A DNA stretch of 64,000 nucleotides from Saprospiraceae bacterium (GCA_043748345.1 JAYTNJ010000086.1:7259-71258), one strand, 5' to 3'. Positions 26,483-37,971 are shown, counted from the first letter of the stretch. Numbers and translations: made by a program. The notes: generated from the sequence alone by a model not told the origin.

Positions 26483-29038
26483 ATGATGAGACCATTTATC
26501 ACACTTGCTATTTTGTTCCTGACATTTCATGTTCATTCTCAGGATTATTTTTATGCTAATTATGCTCCTTTTGATAAAAACATAACCACACCTTCAGAAT
26601 TTTTTGGATTCGGTATAGGAGAGTACCATGCCAGGCACGATCAGATCATTTCATATTTTAAGAAGCTGGATGAATTGTCAGATAATGCCACATATCTGGA
26701 ATATGGTAAAACATACGAAGGTCGTACGTTAGGAATGCTTATAATCTCAAGCACTGAAAATCTCAAAAATATCGATAATATAAGAAAACAGCATTTGGGT
26801 GTAATCGAAAAATATGATGAAAAGCAGGCCGCTGAGTTGCCCGTAATAGTAAATCTGGGCTATAGTGTTCATGGTAATGAGCCCTCAAGTACAGAATCAT
26901 CTATCCTTACAGCATATACCTTATTAGCTTCACAACAGGCTGAAATAAAAAAATATTTAAAGAATGCCATTATCTTTATAGACCCCGCCATCAACCCCGA
27001 TGGAAGAGAACGCCACACACAATGGGCAAATATGTATCGTGCAGAATCTTTGGTAGCTGATACCGATGATGCAGAACATAATGAGAACTGGCCTCGTGGA
27101 AGAGTAAATCATTATTGGTTTGATCTTAATAGAGATTGGTTACTCGCTATAAATCCTGAAAGCAGAAGCAAATTGAATTGGTACCATCAATGGTATCCAA
27201 ACGTAGTGGGAGATTTTCACGAGATGGGCACCAATAGTTCATTCTTTTTTGAACCTATGAAAAGTAATGGATCAAAAAATCCTATCATGCCGGCAGAAAA
27301 TTTCATTGAACTCAACAATCTTTTTGGAGAATATTTTGTCAAGGCTACAGATAGCATCGGATCATTATACTTTACTAAAGAAGTGTTTGATGGGACTTAT
27401 CCCGGATATGGATCGTCATACGGTGACCTTCAGGGAGGATTGGCATTGCTTTTTGAACAGGCCAGTTCACGGGGCCACGTACAAAGTACTCCATACGGGG
27501 ATTTAACCTTCGCTTTTACTATAAGAAACCAGTATGTATCATCTATGGCTACACTCCAGGCGGCTGTAGAGCATAAAATCAAGCTTAGAAAATATCAGAA
27601 TTTCTTTTTTAAATCTGCTTTGAGCAATGCAGACTCAGACAAAGTCAAAGCATATACTTTCAGCCACGATAGTGACCAAAACCGAATTAAGGCATTTATT
27701 GACAAGCTATTGATGCACAGGGTGAAAGTCTACACAAACAAGGATAAATCAGGCTATATAGTTCCCACCAAACAGCCACAATACAGGATGGTGCAGACTT
27801 TTTTTGAAACATATCAAGTGTACCATGATAGTGTATTTTATGATGCATCTGCCTGGTCGGTAGCTAATTTTTACAATATAAAATACCAGGGGGAAAAAGT
27901 TGTGCCGACATTGGGAGATGAGCTAAAAGATATAAGTACTGTGGTAAAAATAACACCTGTGATAAAAACCGATTATGCATATCTTATAGATTGGAATGAT
28001 ATCAACAGCTCGGCAGCACTATATCATCTTCAAAATAAAGGATTGGTGCTTGCTACGTCTTTCAGGCCATTTACAGCCAAAACGAGCGATGGTAAAAATT
28101 TTAAAGCAAATTATGGTACTTTGATGCTTCCAGTGGCAAAACAAAAAATGACTTCCAACGAGATATTTGGACTCCTTGCAGAAACACAAAATAAATTTGG
28201 TATAAACATCCATTCTTTATCGTCAGGATATAGCACCGATGGCATTGATATCGGAAGTGGAAATGTCAGGGCTCTACAAAAACCAGCTGCAGTATTGTTA
28301 ATAGGTGAAGGCACAAGCGCATATGAAGCAGGCGAAGTCTGGCATCATTTTGATCAACGTATAAAAATGCCGGTAAGTAAGGTTATGTTAAGCAGGTTCA
28401 GACAGCTGGATCTTAATAAATATAATACATTAATAATGGTATCCGGTAGCTATTCTTCTTTAGACTCAACAGATGTAAGAAAACTCGCAGGATGGGTATC
28501 TCAAGGAAATACATTAATTGCGTCAGGTAGTGCAGTCAGCTGGGCAATAAAAAATAAGTTGGTAAAGGAAAAACTGATAGAAGAGCCCAAAAAAGATAAA
28601 GTAGTCATACCGCGACTCGCTTTTGACCAGGCTGAAGAACTATTAGGCAAGGAAAGCCTGGGTGGTGCAATTTTTCGAGTGAGTATTGATCATACTCATC
28701 CTGTTGGTTTTGGATATACTAATGGTGAAATCCCTGTTTACAAAAATAATACTGTATGGCTTAGTCCCAGTGAAAATGAATACTCAACTATCAGCAAGTA
28801 TGTGGCAAATCCACACGTTGACGGATATATATCTGCTAAAAATATGACTGACTATATGAAGAATGCAGCTTCTACGGTTATCAGCCAGATAGGCCAGGGA
28901 AGAGCCATACTTTTTGCCGATAATCCGGTTTTCAGGGGTTCGTGGTACAGTACGGACAGGATGCTGACCAATGCTGTATTTTTCGGTAAACTGATCAGAG
29001 TACCTGCCAGAATGACTTTTGGCGAAGATGAAGAATAA
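26483..29038 (+). CDS. M14 family zinc carboxypeptidase-like protein (large, multi-domain)
   Basis: Signal peptide. HGNEPSS zinc-binding HxxE motif, NPDGRERH and DFHEM motifs of M14 peptidases. Long C-terminal extension. Confidence 0.8.
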   Translation: MMRPFITLAILFLTFHVHSQDYFYANYAPFDKNITTPSEFFGFGIGEYHARHDQIISYFKKLDELSDNATYLEYGKTYEGRTLGMLIISSTENLKNIDNIRKQHLGVIEKYDEKQAAELPVIVNLGYSVHGNEPSSTESSILTAYTLLASQQAEIKKYLKNAIIFIDPAINPDGRERHTQWANMYRAESLVADTDDAEHNENWPRGRVNHYWFDLNRDWLLAINPESRSKLNWYHQWYPNVVGDFHEMGTNSSFFFEPMKSNGSKNPIMPAENFIELNNLFGEYFVKATDSIGSLYFTKEVFDGTYPGYGSSYGDLQGGLALLFEQASSRGHVQSTPYGDLTFAFTIRNQYVSSMATLQAAVEHKIKLRKYQNFFFKSALSNADSDKVKAYTFSHDSDQNRIKAFIDKLLMHRVKVYTNKDKSGYIVPTKQPQYRMVQTFFETYQVYHDSVFYDASAWSVANFYNIKYQGEKVVPTLGDELKDISTVVKITPVIKTDYAYLIDWNDINSSAALYHLQNKGLVLATSFRPFTAKTSDGKNFKANYGTLMLPVAKQKMTSNEIFGLLAETQNKFGINIHSLSSGYSTDGIDIGSGNVRALQKPAAVLLIGEGTSAYEAGEVWHHFDQRIKMPVSKVMLSRFRQLDLNKYNTLIMVSGSYSSLDSTDVRKLAGWVSQGNTLIASGSAVSWAIKNKLVKEKLIEEPKKDKVVIPRLAFDQAEELLGKESLGGAIFRVSIDHTHPVGFGYTNGEIPVYKNNTVWLSPSENEYSTISKYVANPHVDGYISAKNMTDYMKNAASTVISQIGQGRAILFADNPVFRGSWYSTDRMLTNAVFFGKLIRVPARMTFGEDEE

Positions 29039-29168
29039 TACCAGAAAATATGAAAGGCATCTATTTTATAAAAATAAAAGAAAAATTGGCAGTTGAAGTA
29101 TATTAAGGATTAGAAATCTGTCATTAATTGTGGGGGATAAGTTTTAAATTAATGATTCGGAAACAAAA

Positions 29169-30191
29169 TCAATGAAGGTTGAATACTTCATTTAATTTGA
29201 GAATCTGTGATGTATTACCCAAAACAATAATCCTTCCTTCAGTACCAACTGGCATATCGTGTTCCGGATTTATAATATAATTTCCATTTTTTGTTTTATA
29301 ACCAATGATTGTACAACCTGTTTTTTCTTTTATTTTTAATGCATCAATGGTTTTTATATCTGGCAAGCTGCTGAGTAATATTTCCTGAATATTCATGTTA
29401 CCGTTTGTAGAAACTGAAAGGTTATCTAAAAATTCAATAAGGTCAGGTGCAATAATAAGTGAAGCCATTTGATCCCCACCAATTTTATCTGGCATGACTA
29501 TATTATCCGCCCCGGCAATTTTAAGCTTTTTAATACTTGATTCTTCACTTGCTCTGCTTATGACAAGTAATTTTTCATTCATTTGTTTTGAAGACAATGT
29601 AATAAACACATTATCAGTATCAGATGGCAGCGTTGTGATCAGAAAATGTGCCTTTTTAATCCCTGCATTAATGAGGGTTTCATCATCCGTTGCATTACCC
29701 TCGACAAATAAAATTGCTTCATCTGCCAGTTCCTTCAATGGAATCGAACTCTTTTCAATGACAACAAAATCACGATTAGAACTTTTTAATCTGGTAGCGG
29801 CCTGTTTCCCATTCCGACCATAACCGCATATAATGATATGTCCATTCAATTTTTTTATGCTATTTTCCATTTTCTTTTTGTTAAAGTTAAATACAGTATT
29901 AATACTTACCAAATGCGCAGATATAGTCGTAAAAGCATAAGCAAAAATAAAAATACTAAACAATATTAAAAATGATGTAAATACTTTGCCATCATTGGTC
30001 AAAGGTTCTACCTCTCCAAAGCCAACGGTCCCAATGGTAATTATGGTCATATAAAATGCATTGACAATATCAAAACCAAAAACATTGTGGTATACTGTTG
30101 ACCCCAATGTTATCAGGATGATCACCAAAGCTATAGATATCCATAAGTGGGTTGTTAAATAGTTCCTGCTACTAAATTGAGTCATTAACAT
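29169..30191 (-). CDS. Potassium channel protein with RCK/TrkA-N domain
   Basis: Two TM helices flanking a pore loop TIGTVGFGE. Rossmann motif ICGYGRNG. C-terminal TrkA-C-like domain. ATG 30191 (MLMTQFSS..) removes the overlap with pdxH. Confidence 0.85.
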   Translation of the reverse strand: MLMTQFSSRNYLTTHLWISIALVIILITLGSTVYHNVFGFDIVNAFYMTIITIGTVGFGEVEPLTNDGKVFTSFLILFSIFIFAYAFTTISAHLVSINTVFNFNKKKMENSIKKLNGHIIICGYGRNGKQAATRLKSSNRDFVVIEKSSIPLKELADEAILFVEGNATDDETLINAGIKKAHFLITTLPSDTDNVFITLSSKQMNEKLLVISRASEESSIKKLKIAGADNIVMPDKIGGDQMASLIIAPDLIEFLDNLSVSTNGNMNIQEILLSSLPDIKTIDALKIKEKTGCTIIGYKTKNGNYIINPEHDMPVGTEGRIIVLGNTSQILKLNEVFNLH

Positions 30192-30202
30192 AATACATGA
30201 AC

Positions 30203-30847
30203 TTATGGAGCGAGCCTTTGTACTAACCAACCAGCATGAGCATGCTCAGTATATAGAAGTCGATCATGAAGTCGATTTGGGCGACCTTGCCAAAATTCAA
30301 TTTCTACTGGTTGAAGTCTGTATCCGCCCCAGTTTACGGGAAGAGGAATTACTTCAGTATCCTTATACTTTTCCATCATTTCTCCTAGTCTTTGTTCAAT
30401 TTCATCTCTGGAACTGATTACCTGGCTCTGCGGTGACACCCAAGCTCCTATCTGACTTTCACGGGGGCGAGTATGGAAATAAGCTTCTGACTCTTCTCTG
30501 CTTATTTTGACTACAGGTCCTGAAATGCGCACCTGACGCTCCAACTCTAACCAAAGAAAACACATAGCCGCTACTGGAAATTCAGCCAGATTTCTTGCCT
30601 TATCACTATTATAGTTAGTGTAAAACACAAAACCTCCACTGTCTACGCCTTTTAGTAACAAGACTCTTGCTGATGGAATATTATTTTCTCCCACTGTGGC
30701 CAAGGTAAAAGCATTTGGCTCTACCACTCCTGAAGCCAAAGCTTCATGAAACCAAACATCAAACTGGGCTAACGGATCGCTTAGGACTTTATCTTCGGCT
30801 AATTGATGTTTTTTGTATTCCTTCCTTAAACCTTCAAATTTGTTCAT
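30203..30847 (-). CDS. pdxH: Pyridoxamine 5'-phosphate oxidase
   Basis: Full-length match to the PdxH pattern (..EPNAFTLATV...PSARVLLLKG...GFVFYTNY.S.K...IEFWQGRPNRLHDR..Y....W...RLAP). Confidence 0.92.
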   Translation of the reverse strand: MNKFEGLRKEYKKHQLAEDKVLSDPLAQFDVWFHEALASGVVEPNAFTLATVGENNIPSARVLLLKGVDSGGFVFYTNYNSDKARNLAEFPVAAMCFLWLELERQVRISGPVVKISREESEAYFHTRPRESQIGAWVSPQSQVISSRDEIEQRLGEMMEKYKDTEVIPLPVNWGGYRLQPVEIEFWQGRPNRLHDRLLYTEHAHAGWLVQRLAP

Positions 30848-30920
30848 GTCACAGGATTTTATGAGTTAATACAATCAAGAAGTTAAATACTTTTTTCCCT
30901 TCTCCAGAAATTATTAATAT

Positions 30921-33900
30921 TTATTTATACAATCCATTCCAAACTTTTTTACCTGAAATCCACCTCACAAAATACATAATACCTGCAAAAATAAAGAAAA
31001 ATGGTCCGGTAAATCCTAATAATGCAATGAATTTTGTTCCGTAGAAAGTTGACATTGGTCTTCTTAATCTCTCTGACATAATATACATACTTGGTATCAT
31101 GAGTAAAGTTAAAAAGAATGACAAAATCAAACCGAAAATGATTGTCCAAGCTAAAGGTCCCCAGAATACAACACTATCACCACCTAAGAAAATCTTTGGA
31201 TCTAAGTGTGTAAATAAAGACTCAAAGTTGATGTTGAATCCAACAGCCAATGGCAATAAACCTAAGATTGTTGCAATGGCTGTCAAAAGTACCGGTATAA
31301 TTCTTATTTTTCCTGCCTGAATAGTCGCTTCTCTGGTCTTTAAGCCTCTTGATCTCAACTCTTCAGTAAACTCAATAAGCAAAATACCATTTTTGATAAC
31401 AATACCAGCGAGCCCAATAACACCTACAAGAACCATGATGGTTGGCATGGTCATGCCAGTAATTGCAAAGCCCAGAAAAACACCAATGATAGAAAAGAAA
31501 ATTTCTGTAAGTACAATAAACGGTTTACTTAGAGAATTGAACTGCAAAACAAGAATCAAAAATATTAATCCTAAAGCTAGAATAAAAGCCATGCCTAGAA
31601 ATGAGTTTGTTTCTTCCTGTTGTTCGCTTTCTCCACTTTGCTTAATACTTACTCCATCAGGCATTTTATATTCATTCTGGAAGTCTACTATTTTACTTGC
31701 TAACTCAGTATTAATAGATGCCACGGCAGTAAGGTCGGTGACAGTCGATTGTAATTGAATTGTCCTTTTGAGATTCTTACGTTTGACTCCCCCTGAAGTG
31801 TTTGTAAAATCAAATTTTGCTACTGTGCTTATAGGTATTTGTTTAATTCTACCTGAATTAAAATCTCTAAAAGTGATCCTCATATTCATAAGGCTTTGGA
31901 GATTGTTTCTTTTTAGTTCATTGTATCTTAACTGTATTTTGTATTCGTCTTCACCGGACTTAAGTTTGCTCACTTCTCTTCCGAATAATGCCGTCCTTAT
32001 GGCAGAGCCTACCTGAGCAGTACTTATACCCTCTACTGCCGCTCTTTCTTTATTGACTTTAACTGTCACTTCGGGATTCATAAGGTCAACATCCATGGCC
32101 AGATTTTCTATACCCTGAACTCTGTGAACATCAAGATAATTATATAAATCAGTGGCCACTTTTGCATTGTCTTCAAAATTGTCTCCATAGATCTCAACAT
32201 TGACAGGAGGTTCTGTGGGTGGGCCACCAGATTCCTGTTCTACTGTGACTTGGGTTCCTGGTATGTTTTTTACAACTGAGCGAATAGAATCAAGGTATGG
32301 AAGTGTCGGAGAATCCGGTCGCTTTGCAAATTCAACAAACGAAACCTGAATCCTTCCAAGATTAGACTGTACACTTCGGTTATTGTCCATCGGATTATTT
32401 GCATTAACTGCCACATTGGAAAGGATACTTTCTACAATTGAGCCTTCTTCAGTAGGTTTAAGATTTTTTAAAGCCCCAAAAACTCTATTTTCCAATTGTT
32501 TTAATACTTTATCTGTTTCATCAGCTTTTGTTCCTACAGGCATTTTTAGATAAACATATATCATATTTGGCTGTCCCGTAGGGAAAAATGGAAAATCAGG
32601 TTTTCTAAGTATCAATAAATATAAAGAAACTCCAAACAAAACAAAAGTAGAGATAAAAGCTATGATAGGCTTTTTACCCTTCAGTAACCACCTTAGGAAT
32701 TCTTCATACTTATTCATCACATTGGGTAATATTTTTTCTTGAAACAAATAAATGATATCCCGTATCACATATGAATTCAAGATTGTCAGCATTGACATTA
32801 AAAAAAGAAAATTACCCTTGCCGGGACTGCCTGTCAAATGAAAAATAATTCCAACAGCGACACTTAGCCATAACCACCACTTACGAAAGATAGCCGATTT
32901 AGGGGGCTCAAATTCTTTGCCTTCAGGTTTCATAAAACTTACAGCAAAAACAGGGTTGACAATAAAGGCTATGATGAGCGATGCAAACAGCGTAAAAATC
33001 AGCATCACCGGCAAATAAATCATAAATTTACCAATGATTCCTTTCCAGAAAAGCAAGGGAAAAAAGGGAGCAATAATGGTAAGTGTTCCCGCCAAAACAG
33101 GAATAAATACTTCTCCGGCAGCAGCTTTTGCGGCTTTTACAATGGGGACTTTACCATTTTCATACAGCCTATGCGTATTTTCAACCACCACAATGGCATC
33201 GTCAACGATTATACCCAAACCGAATAACAGTGCAAAAAGAACAATAAAATTAAGGGTAACATCTGAACCAACAATAATATCTGCAATCGGAAGAAATAAG
33301 AATGCTACAAATACACTTAATGGCACACTCAATGCTACAAAGAATGCATTGGTAACACCCATAAAAAACATAAGAATCAGAAGTACAAGTAAAAAGCCAA
33401 TGATAATCGTATTGACCAATTCTTCAAATGAAGTAGCTGCCTGTTTGCTTTGATCGCCGGTAACTACTACGTTGAGGTCCTTGGGCAATTCAAATGACTT
33501 CATTTCTTCCACTATTTTTTTAATTTTAGTAGCGCAGTTGATCAAATTTTCTCCAGGTCTCTTTACAATATTGAGTGTCACCACATTTTTACCATTCAGT
33601 CTGGCATAGCTTTCGGCTTGTTTTATGGTATCTTTAATTTCAGCTATATCCTTAAGGTAGATGGATGATCCACTGGGGGTTTTGACAATGATGTTGTTTA
33701 ATGCGAGACTATTGGATATCTGTCCTTTTATTCGCAGGGTTCGGTCCATGGTCCCAACACTTATTTTTCCCCCACTGATGTCCATATTCTCAAAAGAAAT
33801 GGCATTTGAGATATCATCAAAACTAACCCTCGCCTGTTCCATCTTAAGTGGGTCCACATTCACCTGAATTTCTCTTTCAGGTGCTCCCACTATTTCTGCT

Positions 33901-34463
33901 CTGGTCACTTCCGAAAGAGTTTCAAACCTATCCTGCATTTTTTCTGCATAGTTTTTTAATGCCAAACCATCATAATCACCGCTGATATTTACAAACATGA
34001 TCGGCATATCAGAAAATGCAAATTCCTGCACATTTGGCAATTGGGTTAAGTCAGCGGGTAGATCAGTTTGGGCTTTATCTACGGCATCTTTGACTTTTTG
34101 TTTAGCTACTTCAGGCTTGATGTCTGTATCAAACTCAACTATTATCAGGCTAAAATCAGTTTGTGATGTAGAGTTAACTTTAATAATTTTGGCTCCTGAA
34201 ATTCCCTTGATTTGTTTTTCAATGGGCCTGGTGACAAGATTTTCTATATCATTTGGTGAGTTACCTACATACACTGTCGTCACTGAAATAGTAGGAACTA
34301 CGATGTCGGGAAATTGTTCTTTTGGTAATGTGAAGAAAATGTACATTCCGAAACCTGTTATCATCATTGTGATGACATACATGGTGGTAAGGTTATCGAT
34401 TGCCCAGCTTGAAGGAATAAATTCTTTAAATTTTTGTTGTATTTTGCTTATGCTATTCGCCAC
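30921..34463 (-). CDS. RND family efflux transporter, inner-membrane permease (AcrB-like)
   Basis: 1180 aa, 12-TM AcrB/HAE1 architecture with two large periplasmic loops. Conserved VDDAIVVVEN and GILLIEF motifs. Confidence 0.92.
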   Translation of the reverse strand: MANSISKIQQKFKEFIPSSWAIDNLTTMYVITMMITGFGMYIFFTLPKEQFPDIVVPTISVTTVYVGNSPNDIENLVTRPIEKQIKGISGAKIIKVNSTSQTDFSLIIVEFDTDIKPEVAKQKVKDAVDKAQTDLPADLTQLPNVQEFAFSDMPIMFVNISGDYDGLALKNYAEKMQDRFETLSEVTRAEIVGAPEREIQVNVDPLKMEQARVSFDDISNAISFENMDISGGKISVGTMDRTLRIKGQISNSLALNNIIVKTPSGSSIYLKDIAEIKDTIKQAESYARLNGKNVVTLNIVKRPGENLINCATKIKKIVEEMKSFELPKDLNVVVTGDQSKQAATSFEELVNTIIIGFLLVLLILMFFMGVTNAFFVALSVPLSVFVAFLFLPIADIIVGSDVTLNFIVLFALLFGLGIIVDDAIVVVENTHRLYENGKVPIVKAAKAAAGEVFIPVLAGTLTIIAPFFPLLFWKGIIGKFMIYLPVMLIFTLFASLIIAFIVNPVFAVSFMKPEGKEFEPPKSAIFRKWWLWLSVAVGIIFHLTGSPGKGNFLFLMSMLTILNSYVIRDIIYLFQEKILPNVMNKYEEFLRWLLKGKKPIIAFISTFVLFGVSLYLLILRKPDFPFFPTGQPNMIYVYLKMPVGTKADETDKVLKQLENRVFGALKNLKPTEEGSIVESILSNVAVNANNPMDNNRSVQSNLGRIQVSFVEFAKRPDSPTLPYLDSIRSVVKNIPGTQVTVEQESGGPPTEPPVNVEIYGDNFEDNAKVATDLYNYLDVHRVQGIENLAMDVDLMNPEVTVKVNKERAAVEGISTAQVGSAIRTALFGREVSKLKSGEDEYKIQLRYNELKRNNLQSLMNMRITFRDFNSGRIKQIPISTVAKFDFTNTSGGVKRKNLKRTIQLQSTVTDLTAVASINTELASKIVDFQNEYKMPDGVSIKQSGESEQQEETNSFLGMAFILALGLIFLILVLQFNSLSKPFIVLTEIFFSIIGVFLGFAITGMTMPTIMVLVGVIGLAGIVIKNGILLIEFTEELRSRGLKTREATIQAGKIRIIPVLLTAIATILGLLPLAVGFNINFESLFTHLDPKIFLGGDSVVFWGPLAWTIIFGLILSFFLTLLMIPSMYIMSERLRRPMSTFYGTKFIALLGFTGPFFFIFAGIMYFVRWISGKKVWNGLYK

Positions 34464-34500
34464 TTTTCAAATTTTTTAACTTAAATAAATTAAAACCTTA

Positions 34501-35649
34501 TTATTTGTTTTCTATCATTTGGCCTTCATACAGATTTTGATAGCCCTTTATGATGACTTGATCTCCTGAAGACAAACCAGTTAATATTTCAATATCATCG
34601 CCATATATTTGACCCAAAATCACAGGTTTTTTCGAAGCTGTTTTTTTGCCATTTTCATCTTTTAACACGTATATATATTTTGATTTCTCATCACTTTGGA
34701 CTATATTTACCGGGATCACCATGGCTTTGAGATTGGAGTGGTTCAATATTTTGACATAGGCTGACATATTGGGTTTTACCCCCGGGGTAGATGGTATTTT
34801 ACATTCTGCAGTAAATCCTCGTGATGATGGATTTATTGACTGACTCAATCTATCGATTTTTGTTTTAAAGGTTTTCGATATGGATGGTATTTCTATTTCA
34901 ACATTTGCACCTTGTTTGATTTTACCGGTATAGTTTTCAGGAATTTCTACATTTACTGACAATTGATTATTATTAACTATTTGGATTTGAGCTCCTGTAG
35001 TTCCCACGCCTGAAAATAATTCACCAACCTTTACATGTACGATGTCAGCAATTCCATTTTGATCAGCATATACAATATAAGTATTGAGTTGTTCCTGTTG
35101 GAGTTTTATCTGGTTTTCCAAAGTTTCAACATTGGCTTTGGCTGTCAACAGCTGCACTTCTGTACCTATATTTTGATCCCAAAGGTTTTTTGTACGATCA
35201 TAGATGCTTTTTGCTAATCCTAACTGGGTTTTTATCGATTCTATACTCTGACGTAATACTTGATCATCCAGTCTTAATATTATCTGACCTTTCTTAACTG
35301 CTTGACCTTCTTTGATATATAGCTGTTTTACGTATCCTCCCATACCATTGCGTGGTGCGATGTAAGATGAATTATTGCTACTCACGACTCCCTGAAGGTC
35401 TATATAATGATTAAATCCCTCTGGTGAGATCGTAACAGTGGATACTAATTTTGGCTTAATGCCCCGGCTTGGATCAAGAATAATAATTTCGGCTTCAGTA
35501 GCTACAATTTTTGAAGAAATATCAGAAAGCTGTTTTTTAAGATCGTCCAGTTCCTTAAGTTTAACTTCAACGCTTGATATTGGTTTATTTTCTGTTCCGC
35601 AACCAATAAAAAAGAGTATTATGAATAAAAAATTAAATTTAGTCTTCAT
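34501..35649 (-). CDS. RND efflux periplasmic adaptor (membrane fusion protein)
   Basis: Lipobox (FFIGCGT), a coiled-coil hairpin flanked by lipoyl-like and beta-barrel segments. Position between the TolC-like and RND genes. Confidence 0.88.
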   Translation of the reverse strand: MKTKFNFLFIILFFIGCGTENKPISSVEVKLKELDDLKKQLSDISSKIVATEAEIIILDPSRGIKPKLVSTVTISPEGFNHYIDLQGVVSSNNSSYIAPRNGMGGYVKQLYIKEGQAVKKGQIILRLDDQVLRQSIESIKTQLGLAKSIYDRTKNLWDQNIGTEVQLLTAKANVETLENQIKLQQEQLNTYIVYADQNGIADIVHVKVGELFSGVGTTGAQIQIVNNNQLSVNVEIPENYTGKIKQGANVEIEIPSISKTFKTKIDRLSQSINPSSRGFTAECKIPSTPGVKPNMSAYVKILNHSNLKAMVIPVNIVQSDEKSKYIYVLKDENGKKTASKKPVILGQIYGDDIEILTGLSSGDQVIIKGYQNLYEGQMIENK

Positions 35650-35677
35650 GATTTTAATGTTTATATATTTTTATGAT

Positions 35678-37075
35678 TTATAATTTTCCGATGGATTTTA
35701 CATAATTTACTTTTGCTATATATGCATCATACAAAGCTTGAAAATAACTTCCCAAAGCTCGTTGTAGTTCAGTGTCTGTCTGTATCAGTTCAAAACTTGA
35801 ACCTAAACCGGCCTGATATTTTTTAGTGGTGGTATTAAATACAGATTCTGCCAATTCCATATTATTTTTTTGTACTTCCAAGTTCAATACTGCATTTTTT
35901 AAGCTATTTTTGGATGTAACATTCTCGAAATCAATGAACTGTTTGAGTTGTAAAAGACTATTTTCCAGTTTCTGAACTTTAAGTTTTGACTGCTGAATTT
36001 TTTGCTTTTTTTGACCACTATCATATATCGTTTGATTGATAGAAAGACCCAATAAACCAGTCGTAAAAGCAAACCAAGGCCCTGAACCATTAATATCATA
36101 AATTTTATTTCTTTGGCCACTTCTTTGCAATTGATAAAATGCTGAAATAGTAGGCAGATATGACAATTTGAATCTTTGTACCTCTAGGTTCTGTAGCTTT
36201 TGTGTTGTTTGCAATAAATTAAATTCGCTTCGGTTTTCATAATTCAATTCTGTTTCGTTTTGCAAAATTTCAGCCTGCAGATTATTAATATCCAGTTGAT
36301 CTGTCAAAACTAAAGAATCATTTTGCGAAATACCTAAAGTACTTTTAAGCACTGCCATACTTATATTGATACCATTATTTGTCTGATTTTGCGCTGCTTT
36401 CGTATTATTTACCGTAACAGATAGTTTGTCTATATCAAGTTTTTCTGCAAAACCATTATTAAACATTTGGGTCATTTCCCCTTTCAACTTTTCTAACCTT
36501 TTCATTGTCTCATTAAGCACTGACTTTTGATTTTGAGCAATAAGAACAGAATAATAAGCTTTTTGCACAGATTCTTTGACTTTTTGTGTTGCTATAGCAG
36601 TATTATTTCTGGCAAATTCCAATACTTTTTCCCTTGCCTGCAATGCTATAAAAATGTCTGGTTGAAACAGCAATTGTTGAATTCCTATACCAAACTGGTA
36701 GTTTAACGGCGCTATAAATGCAACTGATTGTATACCAAATGTCGAATTTGACTCACTTATAAGATTACCACTTGCATCCTTTACTCCTTCTCTTGCTAAA
36801 ACTTTATACACTGAAAGGTCAGAAGTAGGAAAAGGAATTTTAGGTAAGTTGGTGTAGTATGTTAATTGTCCGGTACCACTCACTTGGGGCAGTGCTGTGG
36901 CTTTGATTTCCTGGTTTAGAGCCATTTGTATTTGCTCGTCCAGTTTAAGATTTTTTATTTCAACGGCGTTAGCTAACGCGGTTTCTACTGCATCACTTAA
37001 TGTAAGATATCTTATTTGCTGAGCATTTATTTCAACAAATAGTAAAACTAAAGCTATGATAAAAAAATGTCTCAT
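35678..37075 (-). CDS. TolC family outer-membrane efflux protein
   Basis: 465 aa, signal peptide, internally duplicated alpha-helical/beta-barrel OEP repeats (LTLSDAVE.AL..N..). Confidence 0.85.
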   Translation of the reverse strand: MRHFFIIALVLLFVEINAQQIRYLTLSDAVETALANAVEIKNLKLDEQIQMALNQEIKATALPQVSGTGQLTYYTNLPKIPFPTSDLSVYKVLAREGVKDASGNLISESNSTFGIQSVAFIAPLNYQFGIGIQQLLFQPDIFIALQAREKVLEFARNNTAIATQKVKESVQKAYYSVLIAQNQKSVLNETMKRLEKLKGEMTQMFNNGFAEKLDIDKLSVTVNNTKAAQNQTNNGINISMAVLKSTLGISQNDSLVLTDQLDINNLQAEILQNETELNYENRSEFNLLQTTQKLQNLEVQRFKLSYLPTISAFYQLQRSGQRNKIYDINGSGPWFAFTTGLLGLSINQTIYDSGQKKQKIQQSKLKVQKLENSLLQLKQFIDFENVTSKNSLKNAVLNLEVQKNNMELAESVFNTTTKKYQAGLGSSFELIQTDTELQRALGSYFQALYDAYIAKVNYVKSIGKL

Positions 37076-37689
37076 AAATTTAAAAAATTTTTATGTTGTT
37101 GTTCAATGAGTTTTAATCCTTTTTCTGATACAATACCTCGCAGATGATACCGTATCATTTCTTTAAATAATAACACCCTATCGAAGTCATCTATCTGAAA
37201 TTTGTCCTGATCAGCAATTGTTGTTGATGTATAAACATAAAGCTTAGAAATGATTTTTGGCTCAAAATCCTGTCTGTAATATCCTTCTACTTGACCTCTC
37301 TGGAGGTTGTTTAAGATTGTTTTTTCAATAAATGCAAAATGCAGTGTTTCGATTTTTTCCCACGATTGCGAATGATATTTTTTTAAATCATAAATAAGTG
37401 ATGGCGTCATTTGTCTTAGAAAAGTTAACGCATGTTTTGCGATATTTATCATTTCATCTATAGCGTCTTCTGATTTATCCAGAATATTATTGATGTCCTT
37501 CTCGTCTTTTTTTAGCTGTATATCAATGACATCCTGAATTAGGTCTTCTTTAGTGGATACAAAAAGGTAAATTGTTTTTTTGGATATACCCAGTTTTCTG
37601 GAAATATCATCCATACTAACACTTTTAATTCCATATTTAAGGAATAATTCAAAAGTGGTGGTCAACAGAGTATCTTTTAAATTCATCAT
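37072..37689 (-). CDS. TetR/AcrR family transcriptional regulator
   Basis: N-terminal HTH (FELFLKYGIKSVSMDDISRKLGISKKTIY). First gene of the efflux operon, with an ATGA overlap onto the TolC gene. Confidence 0.88.
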   Translation of the reverse strand: MMNLKDTLLTTTFELFLKYGIKSVSMDDISRKLGISKKTIYLFVSTKEDLIQDVIDIQLKKDEKDINNILDKSEDAIDEMINIAKHALTFLRQMTPSLIYDLKKYHSQSWEKIETLHFAFIEKTILNNLQRGQVEGYYRQDFEPKIISKLYVYTSTTIADQDKFQIDDFDRVLLFKEMIRYHLRGIVSEKGLKLIEQQHKNFLNL

Positions 37690-37971
37690 GACAATTATAA
37701 ACGATGGAAACTATTTATGGTTTAAAAGTTTCTTAAGTTTATTTATCATTAACTTTTTATTGAGAATTTACAGGATTTACATTAACACCTATAACAGAAA
37801 TATAGGCTCTATTTACATGTTAAAATGAGAGAAAACAAACCTAAATAGTATACATGTTACTATTTTTATAATTATGGAATGTAATAATAGCTAGAAAAAA
37901 ATATCATTACTACGTGCCATTAAATACTTCAAAAAAACATATAACTAAATATTGCAAATAATAATACGTAC

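Noticed and set aside
30191-30230. Apparent 28-bp overlap between the K+ channel gene and pdxH, and similar long N-terminal extensions on several ORF-track entries (14493, 17827, 25036, 26450, 53714, 57432, 49965).
   Set aside because: In each case an internal ATG or TTG gives a proper signal peptide or conserved N-terminus and removes the overlap. The extensions are artefacts of taking the longest ORF.
31099-34479. Plus-strand ORFs between 31099 and 34479.
   Set aside because: They lie antisense inside the RND permease gene, and nothing supports them.
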